Assembly: GCA_902531245.1 (NCBI GenBank)
Contig: CACADH010000001.1
Span: forward strand, 18,490-82,489
Length of the DNA: 64,000 nucleotides
Reading direction: 5' to 3'
Source: an uncultured SAR86 cluster bacterium
GTDB lineage: Bacteria > Pseudomonadota > Gammaproteobacteria > Magnimaribacterales > D2472
Shown: positions 56,607 through 64,000 of the stretch, in pieces
How the letters are laid out: each line of letters starts with the position of its first letter
Position numbering within the stretch: position 1 is the first letter of the stretch
The notes under the pieces: model-generated
Told to the model about the DNA's origin: nothing
Databases searched by the model: none
What the model saw: the letters and a program-made list of their open reading frames with translations, nothing else
Program-made: the position numbers and the translations under genes

Positions 56607-58094
56607 ATGAGTGAAAATATCAAATCAGATGTTCTGCCATATGATTTTGTAAAAGAAAATAATGTAATAGCACTTAATACCAAAGATGGTGTAGTTGTAT
56701 CTTCACCAAATCAACTATCGAAAGAAATTTATAACGAAATCCAAAGATATTTAAATTCAAGTTTTAAGTTTGAATTATGTGAACCAGAAAAATTCAATGA
56801 TATTCTTACTAACTCTTTTTTAATCACTGATCATGATAATGATATATCTGAAGAACTCTCTGATGAATTTGATTTACAAGACTTTGCTGGAAGTATTAAT
56901 GCCACCGAAGATCTGCTTAGCGGTAATAACGATACTCCCATCATTAAATTGATTAATGGTGTTATCAGTCAGGCTATTAAAAACAGAGCGTCAGATATTC
57001 ATTTTGAACCATACGAGGATCATATTATTGTTCGATTTAGAATTGATGGAATATTAAAAGAAATTCTTAAACAAGATAGCAAAATTGCATCAGTACTAAT
57101 ATCTAGAATAAAAATTATTTCTGGTCTTGATATTTCAGAAAGAAGACTTCCTCAGGACGGAAGAGTTTCATTATCTCTTGGAGATAAAAATGTTGATGTA
57201 AGAGTATCAACTCTTCCATCATCTTATGGTGAAAGAATAGTTCTAAGAATTTTAGATAAACAAGCAGCTCAAATAAACATAGACGATCTTGGTCTTCCAG
57301 AGAAGATTCTGTCTAATTACAAAAATTCACTTAAAAATCCTGAGGGAATTATTCTTTTTACTGGACCAACTGGATCAGGAAAAACAACTACTTTATATGC
57401 TGGCTTACGATTTTTGAGCGATTCTTCTCAAAACATTCTTACAGTTGAAGATCCTATTGAATACACATTGAATGGAATAGGACAAACTCAAGTAAATACC
57501 AAAACTGGATATACCTTTGCAAAAGGTTTAAGAGCAATACTAAGACAAGATCCTGATGTAGTAATGGTTGGTGAGATGAGGGATGTTGAAACAGCTCAAA
57601 TAGGAATACAGTCAAGCCTCACAGGACATCTTGTTCTATCGACTGTACACACAAATAGCGCAGTTGCAGCAATAACAAGATTAAGGGATATGGGTATTGA
57701 ATCTTTTTTACTGGCATCAAGTTTAAGAACAATTATTTCCCAAAGATTAGTTAGAAGAATCTGTCCAAAATGTAAAACAGAAAGCAAACCAACATCTGAG
57801 CATGTTGATATTTTCAATTTAGATAAGAATAAATCTGTTTATAACCCGAATGGATGTGATCATTGCAATCATACTGGGTATCAAGGAAGAATTGCTATTG
57901 CGGAATGTATCCAAGTAGATAAAAAATTAAAAGATCTCATTCACAATAACGCCTCTGAAAATGAGATAGCAGGCCATGTTTTTAAAGATAATCAATCAAT
58001 TGAGCAAGCGTCTGTAGATTTGATTATTAATGGAGTTACATCTTGTGAAGAAATTATAAGAGTAAATAATATTAAAGAAGATGCCAGCCTATAG
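56607..58094 (+). CDS. gspE: Type II secretion system ATPase GspE
   Basis: 495 aa with Walker A GPTGSGKTT, the Asp box, Walker B VVMVGEMRD, the His box and the tetracysteine CPKC...CDHC. Confidence 0.95.
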   Translation: MSENIKSDVLPYDFVKENNVIALNTKDGVVVSSPNQLSKEIYNEIQRYLNSSFKFELCEPEKFNDILTNSFLITDHDNDISEELSDEFDLQDFAGSINATEDLLSGNNDTPIIKLINGVISQAIKNRASDIHFEPYEDHIIVRFRIDGILKEILKQDSKIASVLISRIKIISGLDISERRLPQDGRVSLSLGDKNVDVRVSTLPSSYGERIVLRILDKQAAQINIDDLGLPEKILSNYKNSLKNPEGIILFTGPTGSGKTTTLYAGLRFLSDSSQNILTVEDPIEYTLNGIGQTQVNTKTGYTFAKGLRAILRQDPDVVMVGEMRDVETAQIGIQSSLTGHLVLSTVHTNSAVAAITRLRDMGIESFLLASSLRTIISQRLVRRICPKCKTESKPTSEHVDIFNLDKNKSVYNPNGCDHCNHTGYQGRIAIAECIQVDKKLKDLIHNNASENEIAGHVFKDNQSIEQASVDLIINGVTSCEEIIRVNNIKEDASL

Positions 58095-59271
58095 TTATAC
58101 AGCAATTAATCAGGATGGCGCGAAAAAAAAAGGCATACTCAGTGCAGAATCAGAGCGTGAAGCAAGGAAACTTGTAAAAGATTTAAAGTTGACTCCTTTA
58201 AAAGTCTCTGAATCAAAAGATCTAGGCAAAACTTTAAAAATAAAAGATAAAGATATCGTTATTATGACAAGACAATTGGCAACGTTACTTGAAGCAAGCA
58301 CACCAATTGTAGAAGCATTAAATATAACTGCTAATCAATTACAAAATAAGAATTTAGTTTATATCTTATATAGTTTAAAAGAGGATATTGTTCAGGGTAA
58401 AAGACTTGGCAGTTCAATGAAAAAATTTCCTGGCGTTTTTTCTGATACATATATTTCAATGGTTACTGCTGGAGATTCATCTGGTAATTTAGATATTGTT
58501 TTTAATAAGCTTGCTGATTATTTAGAAGAGAGCGCATCTATTAAGCAAAAAGTTATATCTGCTCTAACATATCCTTTAATTTTAATAGGATTTTCAATTG
58601 TAGTAATAATTTCGCTGTTAGCATTCGTATTACCTCAAGTAGTTGGTCAATTTATAAAGGCTGGAGCAGAGCTGCCATTTATAACTAAGTTTTTAATAGG
58701 AATCTCAAATAACATTATTCCAATACTAATCGTGATTGTTATTTCTATTGGCATTATTTTTTATTTTTATAAAAATTACGTTAGCAAAATAGAGAATAAA
58801 ATTATATTTGATCGAAAGCTCCTTAACACACCTTTACTTGGTAATTTTATATTGAACTCAGAATTAGAAAGATTCTCAAGTACCATGGAACTGTTGTTAG
58901 CTTCTGGAACAAATCTTGATGTTGCTCTTGAAGAGTGCTCAAAAATTTTTAACAACAAATTCCTTTCAAAAATTATATTAAATGCAAAAAATGATGTTGT
59001 TGAAGGTAAAGACTTTATAGTTTCTATAAAGAATGAAGGAGTCTTCCCTGATATATTTATTCAATTAGTATCTAGTGGTTATAGATCTGGTAATTTAGTG
59101 AAAATGTTTAATAAAGTCTCTCATTTTTTAAAATCTGAAATTGAAAATAAAAGAGCAATCTTTTTATCATTACTTGAACCTATTGTAATAATATTTATGG
59201 GTGGATTTATTATGTTGATAGTTCTAGCTATACTAATACCAATAATGCAAATGAATACCCTCGCAATATGA
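58081..59271 (+). CDS. gspF: Type II secretion system inner-membrane platform protein GspF
   Basis: 396 aa with a duplicated GspF domain and three TM helices. Conserved order after gspE. Confidence 0.93.
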   Translation: MPAYSYTAINQDGAKKKGILSAESEREARKLVKDLKLTPLKVSESKDLGKTLKIKDKDIVIMTRQLATLLEASTPIVEALNITANQLQNKNLVYILYSLKEDIVQGKRLGSSMKKFPGVFSDTYISMVTAGDSSGNLDIVFNKLADYLEESASIKQKVISALTYPLILIGFSIVVIISLLAFVLPQVVGQFIKAGAELPFITKFLIGISNNIIPILIVIVISIGIIFYFYKNYVSKIENKIIFDRKLLNTPLLGNFILNSELERFSSTMELLLASGTNLDVALEECSKIFNNKFLSKIILNAKNDVVEGKDFIVSIKNEGVFPDIFIQLVSSGYRSGNLVKMFNKVSHFLKSEIENKRAIFLSLLEPIVIIFMGGFIMLIVLAILIPIMQMNTLAI

Positions 59272-59699
59272 AGAATAAAGAAAAAGGATTTACGCTGATA
59301 GAGTTAATGGCTGTCTTAGTTATTTTGGGTATATTAGCGACCGTCGTTGTGGTTAGTGTTGACCCAGTATTCCAAAGAGCTAATCTAGAAAAGATTAGAG
59401 CTGATATGGCAAATACAAATAAAGCCTTAGAAATATATAAATTTAATGAATTATCTTATCCTACTACCTCTCAAGGTCTAGATGCTCTTGTTAATCCTCA
59501 CTCCGAATTAAAAAATCCATTCTTGTATCCTGAAGGTGGTTATATTTCTTCAATTCCAAAAGATCCATGGGGAAGAGAATATATATATGAACATCCTTCA
59601 CGAAGGTCTTTTAAATATGACTTGTATACTCTCGGGGCCGATGGCGTTGAAGGAGGATCAGGCGAGGATTCTGATATTGGAAACTGGATGCAGCAGTAA
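59268..59699 (+). CDS. gspG: Type II secretion major pseudopilin GspG
   Basis: 143 aa with the prepilin leader MKNKEKG/FTLIELMAV and DPWGREY...LGADG. Confidence 0.95.
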   Translation: MKNKEKGFTLIELMAVLVILGILATVVVVSVDPVFQRANLEKIRADMANTNKALEIYKFNELSYPTTSQGLDALVNPHSELKNPFLYPEGGYISSIPKDPWGREYIYEHPSRRSFKYDLYTLGADGVEGGSGEDSDIGNWMQQ

Positions 59700-60183
59700 C
59701 AAACATCAAAAAGGGTTTACCTTAATAGAAATTCTTGTTGTTTTATTTATTATTGGTATTACAACCACGCTTATTACTCTCAACTTTAGCACTCTAAGAT
59801 CAGTAGATTCTCAAAATAATACATTTAAAAATACAGTTAGCTTCTTAACATATGAAAGCATAGTCACTGGAAATATAATTGGATGGTATTTAAATTCAAC
59901 CAATCAGTTTGCTGAGTATATATATGATAATAAAAACCAAGAAATAGATTATGATTTCGATAATTCCTTTTTAAGTGAAATAGCATCATTAAAGAAAACA
60001 TTTAAATTTGAAGATGGCACTTTAATTGAATTAGAAGATAAACAAAGCAAGTCTCCTCTAGTTATTTTTTATCCCTCTGGTGAAAATTCAGGAGGAGAGA
60101 TTAATATTTATCATAATGATTATATTCAACGAATAGTTATAAAAAATAATGGGAAAGTAATAAATGAATTCATCAACTACTGA
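59677..60183 (+). CDS. gspH: Type II secretion minor pseudopilin GspH
   Basis: Prepilin motif KG/FTLIEILVVLFIIG. The start is placed at an in-frame TTG at 59677, with GAGGA 8 nt upstream. The longer ORF from 59536 would run 164 nt inside gspG. Confidence 0.7.
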   Translation: METGCSSNKHQKGFTLIEILVVLFIIGITTTLITLNFSTLRSVDSQNNTFKNTVSFLTYESIVTGNIIGWYLNSTNQFAEYIYDNKNQEIDYDFDNSFLSEIASLKKTFKFEDGTLIELEDKQSKSPLVIFYPSGENSGGEINIYHNDYIQRIVIKNNGKVINEFINY

Positions 60184-60532
60184 GAAAGGATTTAGTTTAA
60201 TTGAAGTAGTGGTTTCATTATTTATCTTAAGCGTGTCTGTAATAACTATTTATAATTTAATAATATCAACAGCAACATCAAGCTTTGACTTAGAGCAAAG
60301 ATATTTAGCTAAAGAGGTAGCAAATAATCGTATTTCATTAATACATACTCTAGAAAAATCATTAAAACCATTACAAAGAAGTGGTGAAATGGTTATGGGA
60401 GGACAGAAATGGCAATGGGATGAAACTATAAGCAATGGACCCAGCGATGAGTTTTTTGAATATGAGATATTTGTAAAGCTTAAAAATGAAGAAACATATA
60501 TCTATACAACCAAAGGCTTATACAGTAAATGA
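60164..60532 (+). CDS. gspI: Type II secretion minor pseudopilin GspI
   Basis: 122 aa with the prepilin motif EKG/FSLIEVVVSL. Operon position supports the call. Confidence 0.8.
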   Translation: MNSSTTEKGFSLIEVVVSLFILSVSVITIYNLIISTATSSFDLEQRYLAKEVANNRISLIHTLEKSLKPLQRSGEMVMGGQKWQWDETISNGPSDEFFEYEIFVKLKNEETYIYTTKGLYSK

Positions 60533-61122
60533 ATAAAGGTTTTACATTAATAGAGGTCTTGGTGTCATTAGTCATTCTTTCAATGATAGCTATTATCTCA
60601 TCAAACATACTTCAGTCTTCATTAGAAACGGAGCGTCTATCATCTGAAAGGTTGCAGTCAGCAAGAGTATTAAATTTTTCATCAATTACTTTGAGAAGGG
60701 ATTTAAGACAAATAATAAATGTTTCATTGCGCGATTATTATGGAAATCCCATCAAAGGAACATTTCTGGGAAGCAATATTGATAAAAGGATTTCATTTAA
60801 TTCTAAAATTAAATCCATTTCTAATGAAACATCTCCTATTAAAAGAATTGAATACGAACTTAATAATGACAAACTTATAAGAAAACAATTCTTTTCCTCC
60901 AATCCTTTTAATAGTGGTGAAAATATTGAATCAAATTTTCTAGATGATATATCTGAGCTAGATATAAGATTTATGTATGAAAAAAAATGGCATGAAAAGT
61001 GGCCCATAAATCCTGAAACAGAAACAAAAATACCAACTTTGATAAAACTCGAATTTAAAAGAAGTGGTAAAGAGTATTTATGGATAATTGAACCGAATAT
61101 TGATTATGTATTCAAAAGATAA
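60529..61122 (+). CDS. gspJ: Type II secretion minor pseudopilin GspJ
   Basis: 197 aa with the prepilin motif MNKG/FTLIEVLVSL. Operon position supports the call. Confidence 0.8.
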   Translation: MNKGFTLIEVLVSLVILSMIAIISSNILQSSLETERLSSERLQSARVLNFSSITLRRDLRQIINVSLRDYYGNPIKGTFLGSNIDKRISFNSKIKSISNETSPIKRIEYELNNDKLIRKQFFSSNPFNSGENIESNFLDDISELDIRFMYEKKWHEKWPINPETETKIPTLIKLEFKRSGKEYLWIIEPNIDYVFKR

Positions 61123-62074
61123 AGGCGTCGTTTTAATATCTATTCTATTAATAGTTTTGCTATTGTCGTCTGTTGCAGTCTTATTTGGTAATAAATATTT
61201 TTTATCGCTGAAAAGGGCGCAATATATAGAGTTTCAAACTTTATCATTAAATATTTTTCGTAATATTGAATCTTTAGCAAAAGACAAGATAGAAAAAGAG
61301 CTGAAGTTTAATCGAAACAAGTTATTAAAGAATAACCCAATTATAAACCAGCCAATGGTATTTGATTTAAATGGGGCTAATATTGTTGGGAAAATATCAG
61401 ATTATGGAAATTGTTTTAATATTAATTCAATTGTTACTTTAAAAGATGGAAATTATGTTGAAAATAAGAATTCATCAGCCGCATTCAGAAAAATCCTAAC
61501 TTTAAATGAAATAGACAATAACGTCATTGAAGAGCTAATTGATCAAACTATCGATTGGATTGATAAAGATTCAAATCCTAGGGCTTATGGTCTTGAGGAC
61601 TATTACTACTCAGGTCCTTTACATAGCCCAAGAGAATATACTGGGATGAGATTAATGGTATCTATTGATGAATTAAAGAGCATTCCTGCTGTAAAACAAA
61701 TAGATTGGAATATCTTTAACAATTATTTCTGCACAATACCCAATGCATCGCAAATCTCTTTAAACATTAATACATTAGATTTAAAGGATGTATATTTATT
61801 GAGCTCTATCTTTCCTAATCTATCTATTAAAGATGCCGAATATATAATTGATAATATTCCTGAATCAGGTTTTGATGATTTAAATCACTTTATGAGAAGT
61901 TTTCCAAATTTTGATTTTGATCTTGCTTATGGAAATATAAAAGTTACATCAAATATCTTTGAATTAAATTCTGAAGTTAGTTTTAAGAAATTTGTATCCT
62001 CCTCAAAAAGCATAATAATTTACGAAGATAATAATAATGGTTTTATTATTTCAAGAATTTATAATGGTATTTAA
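61088..62074 (+). CDS. gspK: Type II secretion minor pseudopilin GspK
   Basis: 328 aa with an N-terminal hydrophobic segment KGVVLISILLIV and WIDKDSNPRAYGLEDYYY, typical of GspK. The start may instead be the Met at 61106. Confidence 0.8.
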   Translation: MNRILIMYSKDKGVVLISILLIVLLLSSVAVLFGNKYFLSLKRAQYIEFQTLSLNIFRNIESLAKDKIEKELKFNRNKLLKNNPIINQPMVFDLNGANIVGKISDYGNCFNINSIVTLKDGNYVENKNSSAAFRKILTLNEIDNNVIEELIDQTIDWIDKDSNPRAYGLEDYYYSGPLHSPREYTGMRLMVSIDELKSIPAVKQIDWNIFNNYFCTIPNASQISLNINTLDLKDVYLLSSIFPNLSIKDAEYIIDNIPESGFDDLNHFMRSFPNFDFDLAYGNIKVTSNIFELNSEVSFKKFVSSSKSIIIYEDNNNGFIISRIYNGI

Positions 62075-63231
62075 TGGATACTTTTGTAGCATACCCAAAT
62101 AATTTAGATTTTAACCAAGGAAGTTTCCATAGAAGTTCTGATAATTACAAAAAAGTATCTAATTTCTCTGATATTAAAGATTTTTTAACTCTATCTCATA
62201 CAGATAAATTAATTTACTTATTGCCTTCATCCGCTATCGGTAGCTATGCTTTTGAAAGAAATGATAATTTATCGACTCAAAATAATTTAGCAAATTTTAT
62301 ATCTGATATTGACTCATTCATCGTCAATGATGTTTCAGAAAATGAGTTTTTTTTATTTGAAAATATTGGATTTGTAATGGATAAGAGATTTTATAACGAA
62401 TTAAACAGATCCCTTAACCAATTGAAGTGCAAAGTTATTTTAATTCCTGATTATTTTTTAAATAAAAAATCTGATACCAATACTATTACTGAATTTAATA
62501 ATAGATTTTTATTTTCATTCAATGATGGAACAGGTTCTTCAACAGACCAAGACTCATTAGCACAATACTTAGATACGGTTAAATCCATATATATAAATTT
62601 TGAACCCAACGTTTTTATAAATAAATCTATTAAAGAGCTTGATGGTTACAATCAAAATAAAAATATTTCTATTGCCAAATTTATTTCATCAATCAATGAC
62701 AATCTCCCAAATCTATTTAAGTTTGAATTTTCATTTCAAAATATCTTTAACAAGTTAAATTTTTCTAGAATTGAGATATATGCGTGCTTATTCTTAATAA
62801 CATCCATAATTGCTTTGCCATATATCTTTACTGCTCAAAATAATAAACAGATGAATATTTATGAAACTGAAATATTCAATATTTTTAAAATGATTGATAA
62901 AAATACGAAAAGAGTTATCACTCCAAAAATTCAAATCGATCAGTTAATTGAACAAATACCTGGATCATCAAGATTACAATCATCAAGAAATGAATCAAAA
63001 TTTGATAATTTTGGTTTTATGATTTCGCTTGGAGAGAAGTATATAGAAGCTATTAAAATAGACTTTAGCTCTAATCAAGCGACTTTAAATATAGAAAAAT
63101 TACCACAAATACAATATGCGGTAGTTAAAAATAGTGTTGATACCTTTAATATAAATATTATTGATGAAAATATCATTACTGAGAACAATGAAATTTCAGG
63201 CGAAATCAAAATTGAATTAAAAGATGAATAG
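62074..63231 (+). CDS. gspL: Type II secretion system protein GspL
   Basis: 385 aa with a single central TM helix (IYACLFLITSIIALPYIF) between cytoplasmic and periplasmic parts. It sits between gspK and gspM. The sequence itself is poorly conserved. Confidence 0.6.
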   Translation: MDTFVAYPNNLDFNQGSFHRSSDNYKKVSNFSDIKDFLTLSHTDKLIYLLPSSAIGSYAFERNDNLSTQNNLANFISDIDSFIVNDVSENEFFLFENIGFVMDKRFYNELNRSLNQLKCKVILIPDYFLNKKSDTNTITEFNNRFLFSFNDGTGSSTDQDSLAQYLDTVKSIYINFEPNVFINKSIKELDGYNQNKNISIAKFISSINDNLPNLFKFEFSFQNIFNKLNFSRIEIYACLFLITSIIALPYIFTAQNNKQMNIYETEIFNIFKMIDKNTKRVITPKIQIDQLIEQIPGSSRLQSSRNESKFDNFGFMISLGEKYIEAIKIDFSSNQATLNIEKLPQIQYAVVKNSVDTFNINIIDENIITENNEISGEIKIELKDE

Positions 63232-63667
63232 TTTTTTAAATAGTCTTAATACAAGAGAAAAAAATTTAATTTTTGCAGCATTTTTTATAGTTGTTGTTGC
63301 CGTATTATTTTTTATAATAAATACTACTGTTGGGAATTTAAACTTTTCATCAAAACAATTAGATAAGGCTAAATCTGACTATGAGTATGTTGTTTCCAAG
63401 GCAGAACTCTTGAGTAATACCTTGATAAGCCAATCATCAAACATAGATGATATAGAGGCATTCATAGACAATCTTCTTCCAGAATCTATATCCGACCTTG
63501 TAATTGTCGAAGAGGGTAGTTCCCTGATAGTTTCTTTTAAAACAAATAATTTAAAAGAATCAATTTCAATTTCAGATGAAATAGCTTTTAAATTAGGAAG
63601 GGAGCTGAACAACATATCTTATTTAAAGAGCGAACAAGACTCTATAACAAAACTCGTTTTTAATTAG
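63224..63667 (+). CDS. gspM: Type II secretion system protein GspM
   Basis: 147 aa with an N-terminal TM helix. It is the last gene of the operon and overlaps gspL by 8 nt. Confidence 0.6.
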   Translation: MNSFLNSLNTREKNLIFAAFFIVVVAVLFFIINTTVGNLNFSSKQLDKAKSDYEYVVSKAELLSNTLISQSSNIDDIEAFIDNLLPESISDLVIVEEGSSLIVSFKTNNLKESISISDEIAFKLGRELNNISYLKSEQDSITKLVFN

Positions 63668-63681
63668 TTTTGCAGAAATAT

Positions 63682-64000
63682 CTATTTATTTTCATAAATT
63701 GATATTTTGTCTGAGTAAATCTCATGAAAAGTTTTTACAGCAATAGAGTCTGAAACCCCCCATTTAGTTGATTGAATAGTCTTAATATCTAGTTGCTTAA
63801 TTATTTTTTCATAAATCTGCATTGCAAAGCCAATAACATCAGCACGATCTGATGCAAATCCATACTTTTCAATTTTTTCTTTAATATTAAGTTCATTTAA
63901 CTTTTTAAAATTTTCATGAAAGCTATCTGTTTTCATTTTCTTTGAATTATGAATATTTAAAAATGATCTTATATTGCCTCCAAGACCAATGATGGTTTTT
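63682..64000 (-). CDS. Ppx/GppA-family phosphatase (C-terminal part; the gene continues beyond the window)
   Basis: The frame stays open to position 64000 on the minus strand. ...IIGLGGNIRSF... and SDRADVIGFAMQIY resemble the exopolyphosphatase / pppGpp phosphohydrolase family. Confidence 0.7.
   Translation of the reverse strand, partial: KTIIGLGGNIRSFLNIHNSKKMKTDSFHENFKKLNELNIKEKIEKYGFASDRADVIGFAMQIYEKIIKQLDIKTIQSTKWGVSDSIAVKTFHEIYSDKISIYENK

Noticed and set aside
59536-59676. Long 5-prime extension of the gspH ORF overlapping 164 nt of gspG in another frame
   Set aside because: A pseudopilin needs only a short leader before G/FTLIE. An in-frame TTG at 59677 with an upstream GAGGA gives the expected ~12-aa leader. 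The extension has no pseudopilin-like features.

Overview
This is a 64-kb chromosomal window from a very AT-rich, gene-dense, streamlined Gram-negative genome. The gene content fits a marine heterotrophic gammaproteobacterium; a SAR86-like lineage is only a guess. No rRNA genes, CRISPR arrays, transposases, integrases or phage genes are visible. The left end is core housekeeping: yajC-secD-secF, suhB/trmJ and tRNA-Glu. The middle is a long run of nutrient-scavenging and catabolic genes. These include two TonB-dependent receptors, many signal-peptide or lipoprotein hydrolases (PhoD-like phosphatase, HSL-type esterase, DUF3089 lipase-like fusion, amidase, M64-like metalloprotease lipoprotein, PHB-depolymerase-type esterase, GH3 beta-glucosidase, GGT), alanine dehydrogenase, a GMC oxidoreductase, patatin, malate synthase G, a eukaryote-like indoleamine 2,3-dioxygenase homologue, an SSS symporter, glucokinase and two acyl-CoA synthetases. 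The right end carries an OmpR/PhoR-type two-component system followed by a complete gspC-D-E-F-G-H-I-J-K-L-M type II secretion operon. The prepilin peptidase gene is unlinked, about 8 kb upstream. The most unusual signal is non-coding. A 299-bp unit occurs twice with 100% identity (36099-36397 and 45572-45870, same orientation, offset 9,473 bp). Each copy holds a near-consensus sigma70 promoter, a ~221-nt purine-rich and relatively GC-rich body with several local hairpins and no meaningful ORF, and a strong intrinsic terminator. I interpret this as a duplicated gene for a structured small RNA that I cannot assign to any known family. The two copies also bracket a 9.2-kb cargo segment (beta-glucoside uptake and catabolism, an L33-like protein, a CinA-NMNAT fusion, a photolyase-like protein and tRNA-Gly-UCC). 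Other points worth a second look: a paralogous family of secreted two-domain Cys-pair proteins (three members in the window); a TBDR / cadherin-like M64 lipoprotein / translationally coupled small protein module; a DUF3089-M28-like fusion; and a 21-bp perfect palindrome upstream of the gsp operon.
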